Of a DNA stretch of 64,000 nucleotides, positions 43,101-56,538 are shown one piece after another. A program made the position numbers and the translations under genes. This DNA comes from Vicugna vicugna (lineage: Eukaryota). Positions within the stretch are counted from its first letter, which is position 1. Each line of letters opens with the position of its first letter. The DNA is taken from positions 12,670,184 to 12,734,183 of the forward strand of contig MU058844.1 in NCBI GenBank assembly GCA_013265495.1, written 5' to 3'. The notes beneath the pieces are model-generated. The model did no database searches and was not told where the DNA came from. It saw only the letters and a program-made list of their open reading frames with translations.

Positions 43101-46100
43101 TGGAAAAAATGTACATTGAATCAATAGATAATTAGGCAACCATTAATAAAAATGTAAAGATTACATTCTTGGGCAAGGGCAAATGAAATAAATGACATAT
43201 ATTCTGGCATTTACTATAACGGCTATATGCAGAAACAGAACAAAAATAGTCCAAGAAAAAAAGGAATCAGTTGTTTAAGTAAAGGGGATAGAGATGGATT
43301 CTCTGGAAATGACCCTAACAATACATTTTTATAAAATTTTATCGAAAAAAAAAAAGGATGATGTCTTATTTATGTTTATATCCTCAGTACTTAGGAAGTC
43401 ACCTGGCATCTGTTAGATGCTCTGTAGTAAAGCCTTAATACTGCTGGCACCATCTCTTCTGCCTTGTAGGGAGAGCTCACCTGAGAAGGATCCCACGCAG
43501 AGAGAAGCAGGCACAGCCCTTCAGAGTCAGCCTGAATTCACTGGTGCTTGAAAACTGTTAATCCCTCAACTTTCTTTTATGTAAACTTGTGAATTCTAAT
43601 TTAGCCTGAACTAGTCAGGCTCCTGCACTTGCAACCAAAAATCACCAAACAAATAAACAAAAACTAAAGCAGCTGGTTTGTCTTACTCAGGGGTTCCCTG
43701 TATTGGCAATCTACTTATCTTGAATTGAAGCAAAGATAAATAGGTCCTTTGCTTAGTCACTGTGTGATGGTTCAGTATTTGAACTCATGCCAGTGCTGGT
43801 GATTTTCTCTTTTGCATTTGACTATTGCCTCCTGTTTCTTTCACAGATGCACTTGAGATCAGGGCCAATCCCAGCTTTTCAGTTTTACACATGGCATAAT
43901 CATGTTGTTTCTTACCTCCTTCTTACATAACCTCTGAAAAGCTGTTTTCTGTTCTGTTGGCATTGAGTCAACCCATCCTCTATGATTTTTATATTTATGA
44001 GCTTTATGGTTACAATAAACCATATCATTGTGCAGCCTTTAAGAGTATGTGAATGTCTGAGATTATCATTCCTGGGTATTAAGAATGATGGAGCAAAGCA
44101 AGTAGGCTGCAGCTTTGCAATGCGGGGACCCAGATGGACTGGATAGCTTTTCCTTAAATCAAAAATCATTGTTTCTTTATCTATAACCCTCAAATTAATC
44201 TAATTCTAATTTTAACTGTATGCTTTACAAACTTCAGAGTTTTTTTTAATATGAAACTCAAAACATGTACACCCTTTCTTGGAAATTATCATCAATATAA
44301 AAAAATCCAGACACAAAAAGAATATAATTCAGAGAAAAAGAAATACAAATGGTTCATAAATATATGAGAAGGTGGTAGGTCTCATCCATGATTAAAGAAA
44401 TGCGTATTTAAATAACAACGCTATACCGTGTTTCACTACCAGATTGGCAAAGATTTAAAACAGACATTCCCAGACACTTGCAGTTGGTAAGAGCACAGGC
44501 TGGCATGTTTACAGATGGCATTTTCATAGTATCTATCTAAATATTGAGTACATTTACTCTTTAACCTCGCCACTCCATTTCTAGAATTTTTTTCTAAGAC
44601 ACATCACATAAGCTTGCAAGGATACATAATACCAAATTATTTATTGTAGCAATGTTTGTAATAGTGGATATCTAAAATCATTTAAATTGTATTTCAATAG
44701 ATAAACAGTTTAATGTATTACAGTACATCCACACTATGAAATATCTGTATGACATGGACAGATTGTTAAGTGGAGAAAGCCAAGTACGAGTGTACATGTG
44801 TATATATATGTGTTTGAGTGTGGGTGGCCATAAGCTCATTTGTGAGAAACAACTGTACATGCTTAAACATCTGGAATGACACATACTAAATGGTGTGACT
44901 TCTGGGAAGCGGAATTTGAGAGCAAAGAATAGGGTAATTTTATTTCTCAATTCTTTCTATTTGTGCAAGCAAACACTACTTTTATAGTAAAATATATTTT
45001 AAAATTCAGTCACAATTTTGCATTACCACACAATCCACAAAACAATAGAAAATACAATTAAATTCTGCTACAAACCTAAACAGTAATTAAACCTTACATG
45101 CCTCGGCGTCACTGTCATAGTAGGTGGTATTTTAGGATGATGATTAAGTATGAGAGGAAAGTACATACAAGTGTATAAAAACCTGAAATGTAAACGTTAG
45201 TCATTTTTAAATCTACATGGATAATACAAGTACTAATATAAATAAACTACTGAATTCTGTTTTATGTTAAGAGAGCAACTTTAATGTGTGGAATTATATT
45301 TTCAATAGCCAACAGTGAAGTCATTTCTATCTCTTGTCTTCAAGTCCATATCTCCTCCTACTGCCCTTCCACTGCCGTCTTTGGTAGGGCAGTAGGAATT
45401 AATTTGCAGAGTCAGGAATATGGAATTCTCCCTATTTCCTATCCCTGCCCTAGAGAAAGCCAGCTTCTTTGGAATTACGGCCAGGGTACTATGGTGTGCC
45501 TTGAGAGGAAGGCATCCTGTAGTTGGGGGTAGTTGTTCTCCCTCTGCTTTATAAGCAGAGATTTGAGACGGTTTGGAGTTGCAAGAGTTTGCCCATGACT
45601 AGAAGACTGAAGTAAATGTGTCTCCAGCTATACCTCCAAGAGGGAAGCAGGTAGGTAACATAGGAAAGACTGAGATACTGAGACAAGATTGCTATGCTCA
45701 CCATACCATGGCCTTGCTAAATGAAGACTGGGATTAACAATTACGAATTGTCTGTCTTCCTATCAGGCTAAAAGCACCTGTGTACAACTGGAACAATAAT
45801 TGGCATATAGTAGGTTCTTATTAAATGTAGATTTGAATAAATGGATGGATCAGTAAATAAATGACCAAGACAGAAGAAAAACTCATTAGAGAAAAACTCA
45901 CAAACTCCCTGAATAAGAGGGAGGGGAAAACAGGTGACATGAATGAGAGGGGATGGCAGAAAATCATGCTAGGAAGAATTAGAATGGGAAGCTGTCTCAA
46001 TAGTATGGTACACCTGAGAGGCCTTATCATCCCTGAGTAACCTAGGATAACCCTGAGAAGTGCACAATTGAACTCAGATAGCTTATTACTAAGATAGAAT

Positions 46101-49100
46101 GCCCAGATTTCCCCCAAATAAGAAGGGTCCTAGTGTTCCCAGTAAAAGAGAACTTTGGAGAGTTCCACCATTGGCAAAATGCCCTAGCATTTGGCTAAAA
46201 TAACTCATGCAATTTGTCTGTTCAGATTCTTTTATTCTATATCAGTTATGATTTCTGTATCATCTAGTTTCCCAAGCCACTGAGCCCCACTTCAACCCCA
46301 GAGGTAAATCATATGGGAGAAATTTCAGAACATCTAGGCATCTTTTGGCACACACAGGAGCAGTGTTAACTGCTGTGCTATTATTACAAATATCAATATT
46401 CTTATCACCACCATTACCACCTCCCCATAACCACCATCATTAGCTAAGAGTGAAGTCATCCAACAATAAATCGTAGCCCTACAACATGTCTGGGATCCTG
46501 AACAATCAGGGTGGCATCTCTTCCTTTCCTCTTTTGGGTGGGGTAACCAGGAAAGGGGTAGGCAGTGAAAGGCTAAATATTCCCTGTAGCTCGATCTTGA
46601 TCTCTATCTCTATCTCTATCTCTATATCTATATCTATAGCTATGTCTATATTACCAGAAATACACCAGAAAAACTCTGAGATTTGAGAGAAGACCTTCAG
46701 GAACCAGACAGGTTCTGGAGCTTCTGAAATTCAAACTGGGACTCAATACCTCTAGGACTTTTTTTTCTTGATCACCCCATCTCTTACGTTTACTTACTTC
46801 TGCTTGGCTTCTTTCTCTCCTATGACAGATGGGCCTTTTCCACTGGCAGAAGAACATAGCTGCCAGCAGTCTTGGGTGTGTATCATCCCAGTTATCTTTT
46901 CCAGAAGGGGATTTCTTTTTCCAGCTTCATTTTGACTATTGCTAGGGAAAACGCTGAGTGATTTGAGTCACTTACCTAACACTAGGCCAATCGTCATGGT
47001 CAAGAGGACAGTTTACTCTGATTGGTACTGCCTGTGTTGCATGCCCACCTTTAGGTGAGGGTGTGGGGTCCTATGATTGGCAGCTTCACAAAAACCATAT
47101 GGGATGCATAGTTGGGGGGGGGGGTGATGCCCTCTACCTAAAGAAGGGGAAGATGTTACTGAACAAAGAAAAAAGAGATGCTTCAGATGTCCACAAAAGA
47201 TAAGTCAAAGCTAACCAGCTAGCTGGCTAGCTAAATGGGAAACTAGCTAATTCGATGACTATATAGATGACAGTTAACATGTGTTAGTGATCATTACAGG
47301 GTCTACTATTTGTTCTCATTTTTCCCAAATGATTTATTTATTTTTGTTATTCCTTCCCTTTCAATTATTCAAATATACTATAAAATTATTGTCATATACC
47401 AAAGAAAAGAAAAGAAAACTCTATCTATAACTCAGTTAGAATTGGTGACACCCAGACATTTTTACATTTGACTTCCCACCCAGGTATACAGCATTGTTTT
47501 CCAATTATTCAGTCTTCTGAAAGAAATGTTATAGGTCTTTTATGTAGTGTAGGTGTAAGATTAGTAGCATAACAGCTGACACCAGAACAGTCTTTGATTA
47601 GGAAAATACCTTGATAAAGTAAAAGTAGGGCTGCCACATACTGCTGCTCTGTCTGTACACTGCACAGCTCCAGGGAACCTTGTTTATATGGACTACAATG
47701 TAAGCAAGGCCCCTAGAGTTATGCAATGAAGCGGATCTGGGATGAATGTTAAGACTGTTGACAAGCGCCAAAGCAATGAGAATAGTGGTTAAGCTTCTCT
47801 GCATGAGAACATGAGAAAATTTTGGTTTAGCTCTTAAGAGAGAACAGAAAAGAAGGGAAAAAAAGGATCAGAAAAGTGGCAGGACACAGAGAGAAGCTTA
47901 TGCAATAGTGGAAGGATGAGAGGCACGTGGGTGAAGAAGCCAGTGGGAAAACCTTGGCAGCAGGGTGAACAAGAGACATTTTAGAACAGGAATGGTGTAC
48001 AATCAATTTTCAGTTGTCTGAAATGGGATATGCAGGCTCCTGTCTACAGTGAAATTTCTGCTACTTGATACAATCTTTGTGTACAAGATAATCTGGGGAT
48101 GGGAGAGGGGAACAGAAAGCATGTGCTATGACCATCTTGTGCCATTGTCATAGCAGAGATAAAGAAATGGACACAAACATGCAGAGAATAGAAGAATTTA
48201 GGACATGGAAAGGGGGGCAGTGGAGTCAGTCAGATCTGGAACTCAGGATTCCAGGGTGAGGGCACTCATGCTGACACCTAAATTGCATTCATAATGACTT
48301 GATACCACTCTTACTAGCATTCTGTAAATTACTTTCTGATTATTTCTTGCCCTTACAAATGGGACTCTATTTTCCATAATATTTTCCTGCTAGTTTTTCA
48401 GGTTACCATAATCTATCCGTCCCTATCTATCCATCTATCTATCTATCTATCTAAGAATACATAAAGTATATGTAACATATTTTATATATATATGAAATAA
48501 AGAAAAATTTTTTTTAAAAAGTCATGCCTTTCCTGTTGATCTGGTTTTTATCTGATATCATTGCCCTTTAGACCAAAGAATTTCTTTTACCATTTTCTTG
48601 TAGTTTAGGTCAGCTGTCAACAAATTCTCTCATCTTTTCTCTATCCAGAAATGTCTTTATTTTGTATTTCTTTTTTAAGGAATCATTGGGTTTAATGTAG
48701 GTTGACTTTTTTTCTTTCAGCACTGTAAAGGTGTGCTTTGACTATCATATACCTATGTGTGTTTTCTTTATATTTATCTTGCTTGTAGTTTGCTGAGCTT
48801 CTTGGTTCTGTGAGTTCATGTCTTTAAAATTTTTTTGGAAAATTATTAGAAATTCCTCCACTCTCTCATCTCTCCTCCTTGGGCTCCAATTGCATGTTTC
48901 AGATCATTGGTATTATTCTAAAGGGCTTAGATGTTGAATGTATTTTTATTTTAATCCCTCCTTTCTCTTTGTGTTTTGGTTTGGATAATGTTTATTGACC
49001 CAAATGTCTTCAAGTGCAGTGACTCTTCTCTACTGTGTCCAGATTGCTTAAAAGTTTCCATTTCTTTGTGGAAACTCTCCATTTGTTCACACACGTTGTT

Positions 49101-49355
49101 GACTTTTTCCATTTTATATATATAATTATGCACAATATATATGTGTGTATGTATAATCTTGTACATATGTATGTATCTAATCTGTGTACCAGAGGCCTCT
49201 CTGGTTGGCTTATTTTAAAATGACAACCCACTTGCTACCAGTGAGAAAGAATAGCACTTTGGCCCAAAGACATCCAAATGGATCACACAAGCACAGAGAA
49301 AGTGCTTCAACTCAAATATGAAGGAAATATCTTATTTTCAAATAAGAAAAACACA

Positions 49356-49469
49356 GGGGGAGGATACTGCTCAGCGGTAGAGCACATGCTTAGCAAGTAC
49401 AGGGTCCTGGGTTCAATTCCTGGTACCTCCATTAAAAATAAATAAATAAACCTAATTACCTCCCCCTAC
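49356..49469 (+). mobile_element. tRNA-Ala-derived SINE (camelid Vic-1-like)
   Basis: A/B boxes, TAAA tail with CCTAATTACCTCCCC, TSD AAG(A/G)AAAACACA. Confidence 0.85.
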
Positions 49470-52466
49470 AAGGAAAACACAAAATGTGCTTTCTTTTATT
49501 GGTAAATGTTACCACGAGATAATAGAGAGGCATTTTGGTATAGTGTTTACATGGATAGAGTTTAAATTCAGGCAAACTGGGATTGAGTTCCTGACTCTGG
49601 CGATTATCAGCTCTTCAGTCTTGAGCAAGTTAGAAATTCCTCTAAGTCCCAGTTTATCATCTGTAAAATGTGGGTAATTATAAGAATATCTTCCGCATAG
49701 AGTTTCTGTGAGGCTTAAAAGTGATCATACGTGGACAGTCATCAGTCCAGGAGCCAGCCCAGAGAAGCCCTCAGTTAACTCGAGCTGTTTTCTTTCCCCG
49801 ACAGTTGCCTCATCCCCACCCTCTCCCCTCCAGGCTGAAACACAGAAAAACAGAGCACCAGTTTTGTCTTGGTCACTGATATACCTCTAGCATTCATCCC
49901 TTAACAGGCACTCAATAAATATTTGTTGAAAGAACAAATTAATAAAGCTTTTCTCTGAGTAAGGTAATCCAAAACGTTGGGCTCACCAGCGACCAGACAT
50001 GCCTTAAACAATATTTTCATAAGCCATCCAGAAAAGAAAGTGTTTTATCAAATCTATTAGGCTTCGGAAGACTCCAAAAATGGTAGTGAAATTCCTGATG
50101 CATACATAGGCACTTCAGAGAATATTTTCAAGGTTGTCATGGGGGCAAAGAGGTGGCAAATTGATTTTACTGACACATAGAAGAGGTACTTTTTGAACAT
50201 TTTCTTCATTCCATGAATGATAACTGAGAATCACTAAATTCTTGCTTAAAGATATCAGATCAATGTATTGCTTTAACCAAAAATGGAAATGAAAAGATCA
50301 TCAGGAAGATTAACAAAGTGTGTATTAGTTTATCTTTGTGTGTAGCAAGGTTCATCCTTGCCTGAAAAGCAAGTCTAATTCTGTGATAACAAATGCTAAA
50401 GAATTAGGGAGACACTATTTCTTGAAACTAACCCACCAATGTAGAATTAAAAATATGTCTCTTCATTTTGCAAGAGTTTCTAAGAAGCATTTGAAGGACT
50501 GTAGAGTACGTGCTCACTGGTAAAGGAGGAGTTAGTCATTTTATAAAATGCTTAAAAATCACTTTATTTTTAGAATGTTCTCTTTTGTCATTGACATCTT
50601 AATGTACTATAATTTGAAATGTTTGCATGTTGAGCAAGCAGAGCACAAGCACTTCACAGCAGTGAGAATAATTGCTACTTAAATGTGCTATAAATCAATA
50701 TGTAATGCAAGGATGCACAGTAACAGCTCAGACCATTTACTGTGCTTTAATGGGGATAAAATCATTTCAAAAACACCAGGAGGTGCTGAATGGAATACTC
50801 ATTTTAGGTATATTGTCTAGTTCTTTTACTCATTAACTATTTGTTAATGAATTAATTAATCTGTTAACTCAAACCAGTGAAACTCATGGTTTTAAAGATG
50901 TGTATTATAAGCTTCACATTTTTAAGACAATCTCAGGGAGGACATGATTTCATATGTAGTAACATGAATCAAAATTTATGATCAAAAGGAATCAAAAGGA
51001 AGACTAAACCATATTGTTTCTAAATGTAAACATCTCTGTATGTCTTTAAAAAAAACAACAATTTTATACACAGTTGAAATCTTCCTAATATAAAGGTCAA
51101 GTGCAAAAATACTATAAGTAAAAGAGTTCCCTTAATATCTAAGACCTGATAAGAACAAGAGAGTTCCAAAAATTGGAGGGGGAAAGGAGACAAAATGTCA
51201 GGTGAAGTGATTTTTCTTGATGTTTAAGTCCAAAGCTTAGTAATCTATAGAAAGGGTTTAGAAAATATTTTCTTAGGATGGACTCTTCCTTTCTTTTCCC
51301 TACATCATCCTGGAATCTGGCATATTAGACTATGAAAAGATAAAAAGACAAATTCTCTTTTATAAATAATGGAGAGGGGGTTAACCCAGTTGGATTGTTC
51401 TGCAGATAACCTCTCAAGGCACCCAGCGTGACATCTTCTCTGGCCTCCACCCAGCACCTTTGGTCCAGTTGCTCAATGATTTCACTAAGTCTCCTGGTTC
51501 TTGTGTTTGGTATGTAACAATGTTTTCCTCATTATAACAAAATAGCTGCCTTAGCTCCAAACACCCCATTCTCAAACAATAAAGTCAAAAAAGCAAGCAA
51601 GAATGAAGAGCTGAGAGCTTCTCCTATGTATCTTTCTTTTTATCAAGAAGGAAAATATTTTCCAGATGCTTCCCAACTTCTCTTTTCTCTTTTTTCTCAG
51701 TGACCACAACTGTGTCACATGCCTTCCTTAAACCAATCACAGCAGAAAGGAATGGATATTTCTAATGGGTTAGAACACTCACAGTTTGTCCCCTGAGGCT
51801 AAGAGACCCACGTTCCCTCAGTATACTGCTACCAAATCTCTGAACAAAATTGTACGTTTGTTAGGAAGGAATAAGGATAAGAAGTCATTTAGTCAGTAAC
51901 CCATAGATAGCGCTCACCACACCACAGAGACCAGTATATACACCTGAATGCCAATTTATTCATTTACACTTAGAAATATTATTACCAAGAGAACAAGACA
52001 CTTGAATTCTCTGGCCAATGTATTCTTTCCTTACAGAAAAAAAATTCAAAGGAAGTTAAATTATAATAAAGCTACTAGGTGAATGCAGAATCAGAAGTAA
52101 AGAAACAGTTATTTCTCTGTGTTCAGGTTGAGTCCTCTGCCTGCAATGCCTTTTCCCTTTCTCTAACTCCCACATTTTTTTTTAAATTCAGCTTAAGCAT
52201 CATCCCCTTTAGAAAGCTTTCTCTGTCAACCCCACCTTCTCCACCTGCACTTCCCACCCCCTGAACTGCGTGCCTCTCTTCTATATTACCATGGCATACT
52301 GTGCATAGCTGTATCATTACACCTACTCTAGAGTATTGTACTTATCAATTTATGTGTCTTCTTCATTAAATGTGAGTTCCTTAAAAGCAGAAACTGGGCT
52401 AGCTTGTTTTTATAGATTTAGTGCTTAGCACAGAGCTCAGTATATGCGTATCAAGAGAGAGAGATT

Positions 52467-53686
52467 TGTGGTAGTAATTACTACCCCCAAAAATGTCCAA
52501 ATCCTAATCCCTGAAATCTGTTGTGATGGTTAATTTTATGTGTCATATTGGAGAGTGTTTCCAATTACATGCATCAACACAAATTGCCTTTCATACCATA
52601 TGAGATTGCTCATATGTGGAATCTAAAAAACAAAACCAAAAACAAACAAACAAACAAAAACAAGGCGTAAATACAGGACAGAAATAGACTCATAGACAGA
52701 GAATACAGACTTGTGGTTGCCCGCAGGATGGAGGGTGGGAAGGGATAGACTGGGATTTCAAAATTGTAGAATAGATAAACAAGATTACACTGTATAGCAC
52801 AGGGAAATATACACAAAATGTTATGATAACTCATAGAGAAAAAAATGTGACAATGAGTGTGTATATGTCCATGCATGACTGAAAAATTGTGCTGAACACT
52901 GGAATTTGACACAACATTGTAAAATGATTATAAATCAATTTACAATGTTAAAAAAAATAAAATATCTTTCAAAACAAACAAAAAAACACAAATTGCCTTC
53001 CATAATGTGGGTGGGTCTCGTTCAGTCAGTTGAAGGCCTGACTAGAACAAAAAGACTAGCCTCCCTGAGCAAGAGAAAATTCTCCAGTAGACTGCCGTCA
53101 GAGTTTATCTGTACCATCTGCTCTCCTGAGTCATGGACCTGCTGGCCCATAGTGCAGATTTTGGACCAGCTAGCCTCTATAATCACATGAGCTAACTCCT
53201 TACTCCTTATCATAAGGTCTATATCTATAGCTATCAATCTCCTGTTGGTTCTGTTTCTGTGGAGAAACTTGACTAATTGAATATATTACCTTATATGGCA
53301 AAAGGGAGTTTGCAAATGTGATTAAATTAAGGATCCTGAGATGGGATTATAGATTATCTGGGATTGTCCAATAGGCTCAATGTTACCACAAGGGTCTTTT
53401 TAAGAGAGAAGCAGAAGTGTCAGAGTCAGAGAAGATGCAGTGACAGAAGCAGAAGTCCACAAACCAAGGATAGTCTTTAGAAGCTGGGGGATAAAAAAAA
53501 ACAAAACAAAAAAATAGTCCTTCCCTAGAGCTTCAGAAAGAACACAGCTCTGTCAACACCTTGATTTTAGCCCAGCGAGATCAATTTTGGACTTCTGACC
53601 TCTATAGCTGTAGGATAATAAATTTTTGCTGTTTTAAATCAGTAAGTTCGTAGTAATCTGTTACAGCAACATAGGAAATTGATACA
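52467..53686 (+). mobile_element. MLT1D-like MaLR LTR interrupted by MLT2 (52522-~53277), itself interrupted by an L1
   Basis: MLT1D start TGTGGTAG...CCTAATCCCTGAAATCTG resumes as TGAATATATTACCTTATATGGCAAAAGGG. MLT2 runs from TGTGATGGTTAATTTTATGTGTCA to CTGTTGGTTCTGTTTCT...GACTAAT. Confidence 0.8.
52595..52984 (+). mobile_element. Short lineage-specific L1 3' end
   Basis: L1 3' UTR with A-rich tail. TSD AACACAAATTGCCTT at 52576-52590 and 52985-52999. Confidence 0.85.
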
Positions 53687-53802
53687 GTGGTAAAAATTGG
53701 GGGGAGGTGACAAAATGACTTAAGTATTTAAGACATTAAAATATTATAGTAATAAATAGCATTTAATCATTGCTTGCTATATTCTAGACATTTTTACACA
53801 TT

Positions 53803-54391
53803 TGTTAGGTAGTCAGATAAGTGGGGCACTGGGCAGATAGGTGGAGGAGAGGGAGGATGGTCCAGAAGATGGTGTTATGCTTGCCTCCACTTTTTGCTGG
53901 CACTTCTTCTAAATGAGTGCCAGCAAAAAAAACAAAAAACAAAAAAACCCAAAAATACCCAAACAGGTTAAAACTCGACAGCCACAACTGCTCCATAGCG
54001 AGAAGGACTTGACCGGACAGGACCCAGTGCTCACTGTAAAATAACTAACATTGCGGTTTAGCAGCCCCCTCCACCCACGGGTTTTTTGTGAGTACCCTTA
54101 CCATAGGTAAGGACACACACAAAGGGGCCAAAGTGACTGAGCATTCCAGGGGTAAGAGCCGTCAAACAATCAAAATAAACCACCTCTAAGCGAGGGTCTA
54201 AGAGAACCGGCAGAGACCACCGCTTTTCCTCCTCTGGGTCAGCCCACCTCCTGTTCTTGGAGGTGTACTTTTCCTTTTTAAAATAAATCCTTCAAAATCT
54301 TTCACTACACAACGCACTGTCTCTCAGTGTAATCTTATCTCTTGCGTATGACAAGAACTGGGGTCTTTTCCCATTTTCTTTTGGGGTAACA
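53803..54391 (+). mobile_element. ERV1 (gamma-like) solo LTR, 589 bp
   Basis: TGTTA...TAACA inverted termini, perfect 4-bp TSD CATT, AATAAA near 54282. Confidence 0.85.
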
Positions 54392-56079
54392 CATTCAACC
54401 CTGATCCAAATAACCAAACTAAGATCAAGATATTATTATTATACCTATTTACAGATAAGCAAAGCGAAGTTCAGAAAGATTGAATAATTTTATAAAAGTA
54501 CCATGCCAGTAACTGATACAAATGTTTGGGAAATCAAGGCACATTTCTCTAAATCCCAGGGCTCCCATGACATCCCTTTAGCCCCCCCCAATCTGCTTCA
54601 GCATCCCTAAAGGAACTTAAAGAGTGAAACTGAAGTGAAAACAAGTGTGCTTATTTGCAAATGGAATTTTGAGACAGGTTTCTTTCCTTCTCACAGTGGA
54701 GGGATTGCTTTTCAAAAGTCTCTCCCATAGGAAACTTTGGAGCTGCTCAACAGTCTGTCCACAGATTGAGTCCTGTATGTAGGCTCCCACTCTCCATGGA
54801 TTGAGACAAACTAAATACTGGGGACTGGGCTTGCCTTTTTTGTCTGCTTATTAATTCCTATCTTTTGAAAATTTTAGTGCAATCAAGTTTACCCTAATCA
54901 GGACTCCCTCAGGCAATAAACCCATTTTTCAGGATGACTTTGCATATCCATAAGTGCATTCATTTCTTACAGATTTTATAAATTTACGATTAACTGAAAC
55001 TATTTCCAAGTTAATGAACTTTACCTCACCATTGCCCCAATATATTGCCTACATACTAAGAATACAGTGAACATTAATGTCAGTACACATTTATTTAGAA
55101 AATCTTTTTAATGAGCAAGGACCTACAAAGTCCTTGCATTTTAAAATACCAGTTGAAATAATTTGTAAACTTTAGAAACTTTTCTAAAAATATAAATAAA
55201 TGCAACCCCAGACTTATTTTGAGGTATCATGTCTTGGTATAGAAAAGCACTGGGAAATATTTAACACAATAATAGTGATTACTTTTCTATACTTAAGGAT
55301 AAAATTGAGAGCTCTGTTTCCTTTCTTTGTTTAAGAGAAGTCAAACTTTTAAAAAAAATTTTAGAGACTATTAAAATTGTTTTATGGCTGACATATGAAA
55401 GAATTGACTGTAATTATTTGTCTAATTGAAGGTTATTTTTTGGAACATGATCATTAGAAAAGACTTTTAATATGGATAGAACATTTCTAATATGAATAAT
55501 TTAGAGTCTGTATAAACCACTGTGCATGGCTATGACTTCAAATTTTTTCACATTTTAAAAAAATCTGAAAATTAAATATTTGCCAGTCACACACAGAGTT
55601 TATTTAATGTACATACATAAAATACAGGTATTTTTATACATGTTAATTAATTTGCTCCAAAATCTTAAGTTAAATGATCAGGAAGATTGTAATTAAGGAA
55701 ATTACCTTCTTAATATTTGCTGACTTCTAATCACAAATACAACTTACAGTAGTAAAGTTTTTGGAAGAAATTAATACAGTAGTGACTTCTTTAAAATGCC
55801 TGTTTGGAGTAAACTTTACATCAAAAACCCACAGGGTGTAAAACTTAAAAAAAAAAAAAGCTGAAATCCTTTTGATGAGCTTTTCATTTTCTCTCTGCCA
55901 AACCAGTCTTCAATCTTGATTCCTCCTTTCCCCTAATTTTGCATTTCCTTTTATGAAACCATTCACTGGGTTATTTTGTCATCCATTCCAGCCCCTAAGA
56001 GATAAAGGATCTCTGTCTTGATTTATCTGTGTTTGCTTCAAAATTGGCACCTGGTATTCGACAGAGATGTTTTGCAGCT

Positions 56080-56532
56080 GTGTTTTAAGAGATATGCTGT
56101 AGTCAACTGCCCTGAACTGGCTCTGATTTGACCACAGGAACACCTGGGCTGATGGGACCTGGAGGTGTCCGAAAGTTACCTTTGCTTCATTACCATGCTA
56201 AGATCCTGGCCACAGTAGGGCAGTGGGAAGGGATTTGTATCCTCTGCTAGGCACAATTCCTGCTGTGCACAGAGGCGTGGAAGACTGCCCATGCCCCAGC
56301 TGCCCCTGGGACCTGTGCCCCTTTGCCAGAACCCTGATAGCTTTTCTGCCTCCTACCCTTTAAAATTCCCTTACTCCCCTCCTCTTGGGTAAAAGGTGTT
56401 TTTAGATTTTGAGCTCTCCCTTTTTCATTCATCAGCCAATGAATAACATTTCTGCTGTGCTATACTGAGTCTGGCTTCTTTTGATTGGCATTTGCAACTC
56501 TGGGCAAAGGACTCACTGAGGGGTCAGTGACC
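56080..56532 (+). mobile_element. Probable older solo LTR abutting the betaretroviral provirus
   Basis: LTR-like layout (TG start, CCCTTTAAAA TATA-like box, degenerate AATAAC poly(A) signal, U5-like end). Family not assigned. Confidence 0.45.
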
Positions 56533-56538
56533 GGTTGG

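Noticed and set aside
47209..47232. Near-perfect 24-bp palindrome AGCTAACCAGCTAGCTGGCTAGCT
   Set aside because: Explained by a degenerate self-complementary (TAGC)n repeat.
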